The notes beneath the pieces were generated by a model. The model was not told where the DNA came from, did no database searches, and saw only the letters and a program-made list of their open reading frames with translations. A stretch of DNA of 64,000 nucleotides from Hormiphora californensis (lineage: Eukaryota; Animalia; Ctenophora), in assembly GCA_020137815.1 (NCBI GenBank), contig CM035358.1:4340001-4404000 (forward strand). The letters are read 5' to 3'. A program made the translations under genes and the position numbers. Shown here one piece after another: positions 25,001-35,970 of this stretch (position 1 is its first letter; each line of letters begins with the position of its first letter).

Positions 25001-25904
25001 AAGGGGGCGAGGAGTAGTACAACTGGTATTATGTAGTAGAGTAATTGGAATGTGATACGGCTTGGAGTGTAAAATGGCGGATAAACTTGAGGGGATCTAG
25101 TGTCCTAGTAGTTCTGTATGATACGCGGCTTCAAGCAAAACTGAACCTGAGATTTTTAAAATCTTAAAATGTTTTTTACAGATACAAACAAAAAATTAAT
25201 ATGTTACAATATCGAATCAGAGTTAATATACAAGTGAAAAACCACATGATATTGATACGTAGTTAAAAAACTTGAAAGAAGTTCTACTGCATGTCCAATT
25301 TTAAAGCACCGTACAAAAAGGGAATAAATTAAAGTGTGTTCCGTACAATTTTGCTTTATAATTGGGCTTTATGACACCTGTATTATAGTGTATGGTATAT
25401 CTTATATGCCGTCCGTCAATTGACAGACGTATTGAACAAGTTTTATTCTCAAAGTTTACACGTTATATTGCACGTAACAAATTTATAAACTTTTAGATTT
25501 TGTTTATTTTTTGACGAAAAAAAACACATTTACACACCTCAAACCTCTTACGAGGGTTGTTTCCAGTCTTCACCCAAATCCTATCAGATCCTATCAGTTC
25601 ATACACCGAACATGTTCCCATTTGATCGTACCTGAAAACACAGAGAAACAATTAGTGATGAATACAGCTTGCATCGGTTCAATGCCTTCCAAAATGACAT
25701 ATTTAACGATCTATCCCTCTCTATCCCTCTCACTCTCTTTTTCTATTTCTTCATCTCACTCATGCACTACCTTCACTCACATATATTTCTCAACTCCATG
25801 CCATTAACCCATATTCGGACCATTTCTTTTCTGCCGTTCTTCGCTTTTCAGTGAATCTGATCGTCCCCACACACACACACACTATCTCTCTGAACACACA
25901 CCTC

Positions 25905-27088
25905 ATGTCCTCCGACCAGAAGATCACTAGAAAATCAGTTCGTTTTACGGCCCCCCGTTTTGTTGATGATCCAGAGCATGATAACACAGAGCAGGATGAT
26001 CAGTTCCCTTCGACATCGACATCAGTACCTGCCCCTACAAAGCGGAAAGTGTTCAAACAAAAGTCATCGCTGTGTTTAGTAGGTACGTATAGGTTATAGT
26101 CTACTAATCGAAACGTGAGAACAAACTATTTCGTTTTGATGGGTTCAAGCGATCCAGGTACGAGTGCGACACCATGTCAAGCACTTTCGACAGTATGTCT
26201 TTTCAGATCAAGTTATAGGTTATATAAACTATAGTTTATTAATAAACACGATATATATCGTATCAATATATTGATCTGTATAGATCTGTATTAGTGCAGC
26301 ACTTGATTATAGTAATAAATATATTAGATCTGTGTGGCGTTATATTGGATCAGCTGTGGTGTTATAGTGGAGACAGTCGACCTATACTACCGATATTACT
26401 ACGCAGTGTGTCTTTGTATCAGTGTAGTATAATTGTTAGATGGATCCTGCAAGTGCAAAGCGCCGTCCCGGTGTGAGCACTATCGATCAGCAGAGGTTAT
26501 TTCGCATTCAGCTCGTTCAAGATCAGAGGCCCGCGGTACAGCTCCCGGCCCGAACCAGTTTGGAATGTACCCCGGAGAGGTACCAGCCAAGGGCTAGCTT
26601 AGAGTCACCCGTTGTTAGCCCACGTGCTATTAGCCCACGTGTTAGGGCACGGACAGGCTCTAGCTCTCTAACTAACGCATCAGGTTATAATATAGTTCAA
26701 CACATTAAATGTGTGGGAACCAACACTATAAATTTTATAGTGCTGGTCCCTACTATGTTGTTAATTCGTCGATTTGATTTCTAAAATGTCGTCCATTGCT
26801 TAGGTGTGAATCCGTTGGTTATCTCTGAGTTGATTGCTGAAACTATGGCTGAGCTGGTAGAGGATTTGACATTCATGTCTTTCAACATTGATGATGCCAT
26901 AGGTGTGTATAATTACGTTCACAGTTCTTAGTATAACGTTATCTAATTCGTAGATCAATTAACGATGAACACAAACCGCTGATCAACTTCCCTATATCTC
27001 AGGTCGGTGTGATAACTTGACAGATTCAGCTGCCTCTATACTGGATAGTCTTGGAGCTGAGAAGGATACTACGAACAAGGGCTGCTAG
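25905..27088 (+). CDS. Small spliced gene, low-complexity/disordered protein of unknown function
   Basis: Putative exons 25905-~26080, 26440-26683, 26804-26902, 27003-27088. The last three are GT-AG and phase-compatible; the exon 1 donor is ambiguous (26079 or 26083). Confidence 0.55.
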
Positions 27089-27184
27089 AAGAACTTGCTG
27101 AAGACTGTGTTTATCTTTTATTGAGTCTTGGTATCAGCCCTCCTGGCTCCTTCGAAGGGGAGCACGGACACAGAGGGTCGAGAC

Positions 27185-27293
27185 TAGGAACCGACCGAAT
27201 TAGGAAATACTGGTCCCTGATTGGCTGATAACCAGTCACGTGACCTAAATAACAAGTTCTGATTGGTTGTTTACTTGTTTCGGTCGGTTCCTG
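27185..27293 (-). mobile_element. 109-bp hAT-type MITE
   Basis: Reverse copy; 8-bp TSD GTCGAGAC. Confidence 0.9.
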
Positions 27294-27607
27294 GTCGAGA
27301 CGTTCCCAAATGAAGAGTATATTTCGTAATCACTCTATATTGTTCTGATGTTATTTAATTGTTGTATCTACTGCTACACGTACTATATTATTTTACCCCA
27401 TTATATATCTCAAGAGAAAGCCAACATTCCAAGCGGTCAGAGCCGTACAGTATATATATATCTAGCTGTATAAATGTGTGAAAATGTGCCTTGTTTGCTA
27501 ACAATAACGACTCTACATACACACAGTATACTACTCACATGATCTCTATCTCATTTACTGAGTCTGCATTGTTTTGTTGTTGTTGTTGCTCACTTCAAGA
27601 TTTCATA

Positions 27608-28308
27608 ATGACATGTCATTATGAAATCTTGACAGCTGCTACAAGTTATGCACAGCTACCTCGGAGACAGACAGTCCGGGATCAAACTCCGAAACTACGT
27701 TACAAGGCTCTTTTTGTATATGCAGTGGTTGCCAACTTGTTCTTTTCCTGCTTACTCCTGGTGTTGTTACTGGTCTTGGCGGTCGTAGAAAAGGGACAGA
27801 CTCGCTTGGATTTTAGTTACTTCAAAAATACATTTTTCGGGAAACGTGAGTACTCAGCTCACCCTTTGCTTTTTGACTACTTTGATATTGTTTTCTTTAG
27901 CTCGGATTTTCTGCAGTACCCTAGAATAGGAAGAAACTAGACCCACTACTATGCATAGTTTGCCAGATGCCAGTAGAAAACGTCAATTAAAACTGTCCTC
28001 TTACTGCAGGTGTGGTGAACACGTGTGCTCTCTTATCTACATTTCTGGGATGCTTCACCACTCTCTTCATGTTCCTATCAACCAGAGTTTCCATGAGAAG
28101 GGGAGCCATAGCAACCACGATCAGAATAATTCCCCTCATCATTGGACTTACCAACATGGTCGTATATTTCTGGTTTGTCTTTTCTGTTTCTAAAAGTGTG
28201 GGACAGAGTGACCTGTGGTTCTTTATAACTTGGTTACTGGGAATGGGAGGTTATCTTTTAGCGACGGCTATGTACGCTGCATGGATCTATCAGACTTCCT
28301 ACTGTTAG
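27608..28308 (+). CDS. Two-exon small membrane protein with ~4 hydrophobic helices (~178 aa)
   Basis: Exons 27608-27845 and 28010-28308 are joined in phase by a GTGAG...CAG intron. Hydrophobic segments ALFVYAVV..LAVV, ALLSTFLG..FMFL, IIPLIIG..FVFSV, LWFFITW..AAWIY. Confidence 0.7.
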
Positions 28309-28947
28309 GCCGCCATCGTGTGTTTTGTATAGTTCAATGTTTTTATAAGTTGCTCACTGTTTTTATAAACGTTCAAAGTAAAGTGCGATTTTTAATAATG
28401 CGAACCGCTGACGCGCATTAATAATAACATAATTCCATTTGCGCGTGCTAAATTCTGTTCCTGATAAGATAGAGACTTTCCATTGGTCGCATTGGAAAGA
28501 TACACTTTTTCTCTTTCCAACGCAACCAGGATCAAGTCTTTATCTTATCAGGAGCCAGAGATATGATCGAAACAACAGAGAAAAAACTTTCCCACGGTGC
28601 GTGGGAAAGTTTTTTGCGCGCCCCCGGTTCACTTTATTAAAAATTCGACTATACACCAAAATGCCTTTGTTCTAAAGATTCTGATATCTGCATCATTATA
28701 ATTATTTATGAAATATTTCATACGCAATGCCATTACGCATAGTTGTTGAATTCGTTTGTCGCCACGGGATCTCGACGCCACGTGATGATCCGAGCCGACT
28801 CAGCGGAAAGAAACACCTCTAATTCACCGAATTCCGGGCGATTGGCCAGAGTCCAGACCATAAACAATATCAATAGCTGAGCCCGAGCTACGACTGTTGG
28901 TTGCCGGGGTGAAAGATGGACGCCGGAAGAGTCTAGTTACGTGAAAC

Positions 28948-29072
28948 ACAATTGGCTCCCAGATTTTAATAACAACTGTAGAAGTCTTTAGAAAGTCTAG
29001 ACGTGTCTTCAAGACACGTCTAGACTTTCTAAAGACTTCTACAGTTGTTATTAAAATCTGGGAGCCAATTGT
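28948..29072. repeat. Perfect 125-bp palindrome (62-bp arms, 1-nt centre)
   Basis: ACAATTGGCTCCCAG...GTGTCTT C AAGACAC...CTGGGAGCCAATTGT. Confidence 0.95.
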
Positions 29073-29597
29073 AGCCTGTTTAGTTTGGTGCGTGATACGA
29101 AAAAGTACTCTTAGACAGACTTTTTCAAACTTCAAACGGCTATAGCCACGCAACCACACGGCCAATTTCGGTTAACTAAACGGTACCTAATAGATAATAT
29201 ACAGCAACAACCTATAACCCCAGGCATAGCCCAAACATACCACTAAGGGCAGCCGTAACACATCTCAACAACACGAGGCACCAGATCTTAACTTTTGCTC
29301 TTGCGAGATCAAAAAGGGCGCCGTTACGATCTGGGTGTTTGGAGGCCTGTTTACAGGTGCGCGCTGCCAAAAAAGTTGATTCACTAAAATGGCTCTAACC
29401 GCCAAACCACTCAACCGTTTTGGCTGATTCAAAGTTTATCTGGTAGGGAATGTCAAGGCCTAACCCCAACCCAAACCCTAACCCTACTTTAGCCCTAACC
29501 CTAAAAAACTTTAAGAAATTTCAGAAAACAAAAAGACAAGTAAAAATTATAATAAATTACCCACACACCTTCATACTCTCATTCTCCCTCTCTCTGC

Positions 29598-31595
29598 TCA
29601 CTTATCTCGAAAATCTACATCTTCCACACTGACTCGGACAACCCTTCTCTTAGTGCCCCGAAGCGCAACAAGTGTTGATCTTAGCAAACTGAATCGTGTC
29701 TTTTCTCGGATGAAGGACACTGTTTCAGCGTAACACTCCTTGTGTTTCTGACAAATCTTCCTGGCCGCTTTGTCCAAAACCTTCCCAACCTCTGCAGCAA
29801 AACCTCCCGATGTGGAGAATACAAGAGGGGTGAATGAACCCTGCTCCACTTCTTGTACCCTTCGCATGTATGCCAGTTTCTTTTGATTTTGGTGCTGTTT
29901 ATACAGGTTGGAGATGGGCACCTTCAGGTAGGATGGGGCGTTTGGATGGAAAACCCGTACATCCATGAAACTGGCCTGCATGTCAGACCACAAGCCACGA
30001 CAGACAATGTCCATTCGTGCTTCAGCTTTGGTATTTGCACTGATTGGCAAGTTGAATCCATCACAGGGCAACATTGGCTGTTCAGTGTTAACGGGTTTAA
30101 ATCCCGCGTACCGGAGAATATCGGCCAAGGTATCCCGAAGGTGGTCGTGTCTCCACATGTCAAAGCCTCCAACCTTGCAGATCAAGGCGTGGTCACTGCT
30201 GTTTTGTGCCCCACAGCCGCATTTCCCGATCAGGTCCGGGAAGTGGAAACAGTATCTGAGCCGAATGGCATCGACAAACTCAAGCTGGTTGAGCTCATGA
30301 CCGAGTTTCTGTAGCGGTCGAGCAGTTAGCCAACTAGAAGCACCAGGTTCGGAGCATAGCTCCATTGCCCGCTGTGTCTTCATATCAAGTCCTGTCAAGA
30401 TATCTGCACGCTCCGTTGCATGCCTCTCATCAGTGGCGTCGGCACACTTCTTCTTCAACTTTCCGCTTTTCATCTCGGCATCCATGATGTTATTTGGACA
30501 GTCCTCTTCCGCCAGGATAAGAGACACTAGTGGTCCGGTAGCAAAACGGGAATTATTGTATTCTTGATTAGCCGTTTGTACCGGATTTTCCAATGCCATA
30601 CCTCCCATCTTGACGGGGAGTGCTAGGATCCTCCTCTCAATGTCCGAGATATGCTTTCCCACAAATAGGGGTATCAGCTTGTGCCTCAGGATGTCTTCCA
30701 TAGGTTGGAACAAGTGCCCTATATCAGGTAGTGTTCGCTGCAGGTACGACCACTTCATTTTCAAACTGCGGACATAGTTCGAATATGCAAGGTGGGGGTG
30801 AGTCTTCGCAACAGTAACCAGGTTTTCAAGGCAGCTCACCCATTCGGACACTTTGTTCGTAACAAATGTTGTTTTGAATTCAGTCGATCCGATTGCTGCA
30901 CCGAGGTGTCTGGCACCAGCAGTTGTAATCTGTACACCGGTCTCACCGAATAACTCCTGTGCCTTCTCCAGGTGGTGCTCCTTTGCGATCAGGACACATT
31001 TATCGGGGTTGATATGGTATGCTGGACCGTGTGTTGTGATGATTTCATACCACTCATGTAGTCCCGAGATGGTTCCTGCAGCATTTCCATCATCAGCGTA
31101 CCATACCTGCAGTACGTCTTCGAGATCAGCCAGACTAATCAGGGGGAGAATGCCGATACTGTACATTGCCATTGCAGATGGACAGCCCTGCGTGGCACCC
31201 TCTTCGCTCATCAACACTTGGTTTCCGACGTACAATGGTGATGGTGCCCCGTATAGATTGTTGAACAGTTGTGCCAGTATGGGACATAGTCTGTCAACAC
31301 TATGCAGCGCAAGTCCTCTGTTCAAGCGATTGAAGGCGTTACTTGCATCTAACAGAAGAGCACCCTCACAATCAGCTTCCTCAAACCGATCGGACAGTGA
31401 ATGAATGGCTGCCTCACAGCCGCCAGACTGCCCTGCAGCCAACTGTACACAGTTTGCAGCAACTTTAATCGCTACACGCTTGGAGAAGATAATAGCTTTG
31501 ACGACTATTCTCCTGAACACTTCTCCAATACCGATTGGCCGAGTACCACCATCTGTCTTCTCCAGTGGAATCAGGCGAGACGAGCAGAATATTGC
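29598..31595 (-). CDS. CRE-like ORF, 3' segment: RT (QG.P, YADD), CCHC and restriction-like endonuclease
   Basis: LIPLEK..GGTRPIGIGE, LDASNAFN, GATQGCP, YADD, RHLG, CGCG..HALIC..GG..RHD, ARMDI..FMDV..KKLAY, FTPLVFSTSGG. Confidence 0.92.
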   Translation of the reverse strand, partial: AIFCSSRLIPLEKTDGGTRPIGIGEVFRRIVVKAIIFSKRVAIKVAANCVQLAAGQSGGCEAAIHSLSDRFEEADCEGALLLDASNAFNRLNRGLALHSVDRLCPILAQLFNNLYGAPSPLYVGNQVLMSEEGATQGCPSAMAMYSIGILPLISLADLEDVLQVWYADDGNAAGTISGLHEWYEIITTHGPAYHINPDKCVLIAKEHHLEKAQELFGETGVQITTAGARHLGAAIGSTEFKTTFVTNKVSEWVSCLENLVTVAKTHPHLAYSNYVRSLKMKWSYLQRTLPDIGHLFQPMEDILRHKLIPLFVGKHISDIERRILALPVKMGGMALENPVQTANQEYNNSRFATGPLVSLILAEEDCPNNIMDAEMKSGKLKKKCADATDERHATERADILTGLDMKTQRAMELCSEPGASSWLTARPLQKLGHELNQLEFVDAIRLRYCFHFPDLIGKCGCGAQNSSDHALICKVGGFDMWRHDHLRDTLADILRYAGFKPVNTEQPMLPCDGFNLPISANTKAEARMDIVCRGLWSDMQASFMDVRVFHPNAPSYLKVPISNLYKQHQNQKKLAYMRRVQEVEQGSFTPLVFSTSGGFAAEVGKVLDKAARKICQKHKECYAETVSFIREKTRFSLLRSTLVALRGTKRRVVRVSVEDVDFRDK

Positions 31596-31601
31596 AAGAA
31601 A

Positions 31602-33883
31602 GATTTTAAAATCAATTTTTTGTAACTCATCTTACTAAATGCATTTTTTAACGCTGATTCCGAATCTGTCAAAATTTTTGATCTACGACCATGTCTTCAG
31701 GTGTAACCGTGCTCCTAAATGAACTTGACTGTGCGCTGCGTTCCACTGCTGACACTATGATACACTATCACGTGATCATGTCACGTGCTCTCCCCCTCAA
31801 CCCAATTAGTAGTGCTCACGATCTTACACACGAGCGCGTCACCCAGAGAGAAATGGAATGGTTAAACCCTGAGAGAGGGAGAGAGATTGGAAATATTATA
31901 TTTGAATTCTGAAAAGATATACAGACACTGGTTCCATTGATCCAAATGCAAAAGCAGGCTACTAATTTAGCAGTGTTTCCTGAAACAAGACCTGGACTTA
32001 AGTCTTAAAGTGTGGTCCGAGCAACAGGAAGAGATCTGAAAGAGGAAGTACCTAGTTAGTAAATCTCAATCAGTAGATCGAGTAGGATGTTCCCAATCCC
32101 GACCGCTTTGAGCCGGGATTGTCTTAAAACACGTGACAAATCACGTGTTTTGAGAAAGAGACTACCTTTTCCCAACTCGTATCATGATATCATCATTCGC
32201 TTGACACGGGCTGTTTTGGAAGTTTTACTCAGAATAACGTAGCAACAGCTGCAACAGCTGTATACCAATGTTCAAGTAATTTTATTCTACACAGGACCAT
32301 TGTATTTTATTTCTGAGATATATACAGGGTGTATTCTGCATGTCTCAGCTTCCCTGCCTCCCATTTACTCCATCTCTCAGCTTCCCTACCTCCCATTTAC
32401 TCCATCTCTCAGCTTCCCTACCTCCCATTTACTCCATCTCTCAGCTACCCTACCCCTCATCTACTCCTTCTCTCAGCTACCCTACCTCCAATTTACTCCA
32501 TCTCTCAGCTACCCTACCCCTCATCTACTCCTTCTCTCAGCTACCCTACCTCCCATTTACTCCATCTCTCAGCTCCCCTACCTCCCATTTACTACATCTC
32601 TCAGCTACCCTGCCTCCCATTTACTCCATCTCTCAGCTTCCCTACCTCCCATTTACTCCATCTCTCAGCTACCCTACCCCTCATCTACTCCTTCTCTCAG
32701 CTACCCTACCTCCAATTTTACTCCATCTCTCAGCTAGTCAGCTACCCTACCCCTCATCTACTCCTTCTCTCAGCTACCCTACCTCCCATTTACTCCATCT
32801 CTCAGCTCCCCTACCTCCCATTTACTACATCTCTCAGTTACCCTGCCTCCCATTTACTCCATCTCTCAGCTTCCCTACCTCCAATTTACTCCATCTCTCA
32901 GCTACCCTACCCCTCATCTACTCCTTCTCTCAGCTACCCTACCTCCCATTTACTCCATCTCTCAGCTCCCCTACCTCCCATTTACTACATCTCTCAGCTA
33001 CCCTGCCTCCCATTTACTCCATCTCTCAGCTTCCCTACCTCCCATTTACTCCATCTCTCAGCTACCCTACCCCTCATCTACTCCTTCTCTCAGCTACCCT
33101 ACCTCCAATTTTACTCCATCTCTCAGCTAGTCAGCTACCCTACCCCTCATCTACTCCTTCTCTCAGCTACCCTACCTCCCATTTACTCCATCTCTCAGCT
33201 CCCCTACCTCCCATTTACTACATCTCTCAGCTACCCTGCCTCCCATTTACTCCATCTCTCAGCTTCCCTACCTCCCATTTACTCCATCTCTCAGCTACCC
33301 TACCCCTCATCTACTCCTTCTCTCAGCTACCCTACCTCCAATTTACTCCATCTCTCAGCTACCCTACCCCTCATCTACTTGTTTATGAACCTAGCAACTA
33401 GCAAACAAGATATGCAGAATACACCCTGATATAATATCCACCAATTTTCAGCCGGAAACATACTATTTAGCTTCTATGAAGTTTCATGATGCGTCTGTTT
33501 TGTGTTCTTGGCATTTCATATTCTCATATTCCCTTCAAATTAATACGTTCCTTAATCTCGGAATTTCGGATAGAAAGTGAAAAACATCTCTCACCTCCGG
33601 CCTACTGGAGAGAGATGTTTCCACAGGTCTCAAGTGACGTGCTCGTGTGTAAGATCGCGAGCGCAACTAATTGGGTTGGGGAGAGAACACGTGACATGAT
33701 CACGTGATAGTCTATCATAGTGTCAGCAGTGGAACGCAGCGCACAGTCAAGTTCATTTAGGAGCACGGTTACACCTGAAGACATGGTCGTAGATCAAAAA
33801 TTTTGACAGATTCGGAATCAGCGTTAAAAAATGCATTTAGTAAGATGAGTTACAAAAAATTGATTTTAAAATCCAACACTCTA
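31602..33883. mobile_element. Non-autonomous DNA element with ~250-bp TIRs (possibly Academ-like), inserted in the CRE ORF
   Basis: 31602-~31850 is inverted with ~33610-33873. The right end reads ...CCAACACTCTA (TAG..CTA-type terminus) and the left end lacks the outer ~10 bp. AAGAAAG is duplicated at the junctions. Confidence 0.75.
32343..33378. repeat. 32-bp pyrimidine-rich minisatellite, ~32 copies, ~393-bp higher-order period
   Basis: Unit TCTCAGCTACCCTACCTCCCATTTACTCCATC; variant CTAGTCAG recurs at 32734 and 33127. Confidence 0.95.
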
Positions 33884-34065
33884 AAGAAAGTCACCATGAA
33901 CTTCGGTAGTTGCAAGTTTCTGGGCAACCAAACTCAAGGCATCACACAGCGCCGTAGACGATTGTTTGAATTTCTTCGCACATAGGATTCTGCTCACCCC
34001 GGAGGCGTCAAAACCACTGGGACCACCTGAACCTTTGATATTTAAACCACATTTGTAGATGCTCT
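33884..34065 (-). CDS. CRE-like ORF, internal segment
   Basis: SIYKCGLNIKGSGGPSGFDA..LCDALSLVAQKL..GDFL joins in frame with both neighbouring segments. Confidence 0.85.
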
Positions 34066-34530
34066 TGGTGCAGAACTGGGCCAGCCCTGTGTGTTTGTGT
34101 GTGCGTGTGTGTGAGAATGTGTGTTTGTGTCTGTGTCCTATCGCGAAGGTGCTTGTTTTGACGCTGAGTTCTATTAAAAGCACAGCATCTTCGCGCGCGC
34201 GTGTGTGTCGCTTTGGTGACACGCGCGCGCGTTTTCTGAGATCTGAGAGAGAAGAGCGATTGATGTTTTGAGAGTGAGTTTTTCTTTTGTCGGAGCGAAG
34301 CAACTTTCAAAAGCGTGTGTTCTCTTAATCAACTGAACTGTAACAATCCTTTACCGTTACTTTTACATTCACAAAAATAAAAGACAACGTGTTTACCTTC
34401 GCCTTTACGCTCCAGCTGACGGGTACGCCCCATACGTGTCACGAAACCACCCCAAGAACGTCCCTTTCCAAACGCCCCCTTTCGGCCGTCCTTACTTTAC
34501 ACCAACTGGTGAGCTTCAAAACGTTTACTG

Positions 34531-35970
34531 ATGTCACGGAATCACGTCAGTAATGTCAGCCTGAGCCAAGAGCCATTGTCACAGTGGGACACAATTGACC
34601 TCTTCTCGATTGGCGGTGACCAAACTCCGTTCGACCAGCGCCCACTAGAAACATACCTGGCAGATTTGGACATTTCGCGAGTTGAGCCAGAACGGAAACC
34701 ACTGACCTCGCGACATGCATTTGCGTCAAGAATCGTGTCAAGTTCTCCACAACGAGAGCAAAGTTTCCGAATCCCTGAAGATAAGCCCAGGATACCAGAG
34801 AAAAGAATGTCACGAACTTTGGACCGATCAAGAGCTCTGAGTTGCCGAAGCACGTCATCTAACAACCCAAACGTGCCCAGAAACCCCGTGGTAGTTCCAG
34901 CAAGTCGACCAGTAGCAGATCAACGGAACGTCCAACCAACTCAAGTCGACCAAAACAGATACAGAACCCCTCCCTCCGGAATAAAACCACCAAAGTTCAA
35001 GGAAGGGAATAGTCTGAAATCGTACCTGAAGAGATTTGAAGATTATCTGTCAATGGCGACCGAGAACCCTCAGGATGTGCGTGGAATCCTACTTAACTGC
35101 TTAAAGTGCGATGCCACCTATGATCGGATACGCCGTCTGAAGTTCAGCCAAGAAGAAATGGCCAATCCACACAAGTTGCTACAATTCATCCGTGATGCTA
35201 TCCTGAATGACGCTGCCATTGCTGAGACAAATCGTTTAGAACTGAAGGACATTAAACAGGATGAACACGAGTCGGTATCTGACTTTGCAGAGAGAATCCA
35301 TCGGGCAGCAGAGCTTGCGTTCCCAGGTGAGTCCGATGATCGTGTGAACGCAAACAAGATAGACGCTCTACAAGATGGTCTTCATGACCGTGATGTTGCT
35401 AAGGATGTCTGTGACTGGAAGAAACAGGACGTCGCTTTTGAAACTCTGGTTGCAGAAGCTGAGAGAGCAGCGACGCAGAACAAAATCTTCAAGAGAGGCG
35501 GTGCTGATTATGGAGCCACTGTTTATGCAATTCGGAGTGACGGACGAATGAGCCAAAACCAGCCTTACCAGAGAAAGAGTTGGAATCCGTGCAAGTTCTG
35601 TAAGAAGACGAACCACACGGAAGCAAACTGTAGGTTCAAGATAACTTGCCAAATATGTGGTCAAGACCTACATGAAGCCAGAAACTGTCCCGTGCTAGCG
35701 AGCACTATCCAAACCGATGTTAACCCGATGCAGAATCAGCAGACCATGAACTTCCGACCCCAGACATTCACAACTGGTAACAGAAGACAAGCCACATCGT
35801 CAGTGCCTGGAACGAGAGAACATGATCGAGCCAACGGTCTATGCTATGTTTGTCATCAGAATGGACACCTCAGCAGAAATTGCCAGAACCGAGGATGGCA
35901 GTTAAACGAGAGAGCGGTCGGAGATTTTCACAACGCGGACACACACCAGAACTCCGGCCGCGCCAATTAA
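34531..35970 (+). CDS. gag: Gypsy Gag with three CCHC zinc knuckles
   Basis: Q..HESVSDFAERI major-homology-like motif; CKFCKKTNHTEANC, CQICGQDLHEARNC, CYVCHQNGHLSRNC. Confidence 0.93.
   Translation: MSRNHVSNVSLSQEPLSQWDTIDLFSIGGDQTPFDQRPLETYLADLDISRVEPERKPLTSRHAFASRIVSSSPQREQSFRIPEDKPRIPEKRMSRTLDRSRALSCRSTSSNNPNVPRNPVVVPASRPVADQRNVQPTQVDQNRYRTPPSGIKPPKFKEGNSLKSYLKRFEDYLSMATENPQDVRGILLNCLKCDATYDRIRRLKFSQEEMANPHKLLQFIRDAILNDAAIAETNRLELKDIKQDEHESVSDFAERIHRAAELAFPGESDDRVNANKIDALQDGLHDRDVAKDVCDWKKQDVAFETLVAEAERAATQNKIFKRGGADYGATVYAIRSDGRMSQNQPYQRKSWNPCKFCKKTNHTEANCRFKITCQICGQDLHEARNCPVLASTIQTDVNPMQNQQTMNFRPQTFTTGNRRQATSSVPGTREHDRANGLCYVCHQNGHLSRNCQNRGWQLNERAVGDFHNADTHQNSGRAN

Noticed and set aside
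26150-26157. 8-nt microexon that would fix the phase between exons 1 and 2
   Set aside because: An alternative donor at 26079 gives the same phase without it; undecidable without RNA data.
29450-29510. True telomere or chromosome-fusion scar
   Set aside because: Only 2-3 degenerate CCCTAA units, embedded in a dispersed element also found at 62.5-63.5 kb.
32300-33429. Long ORFs (145, 353 and 366 aa) in three frames
   Set aside because: Artefact of a stop-poor 32-bp minisatellite inside a DNA element.
33881-34310. Duplicated ORFs shared with 42116-42677
   Set aside because: Chance frames through the two LTR copies; only 33884-34065 is real (CRE) coding sequence.
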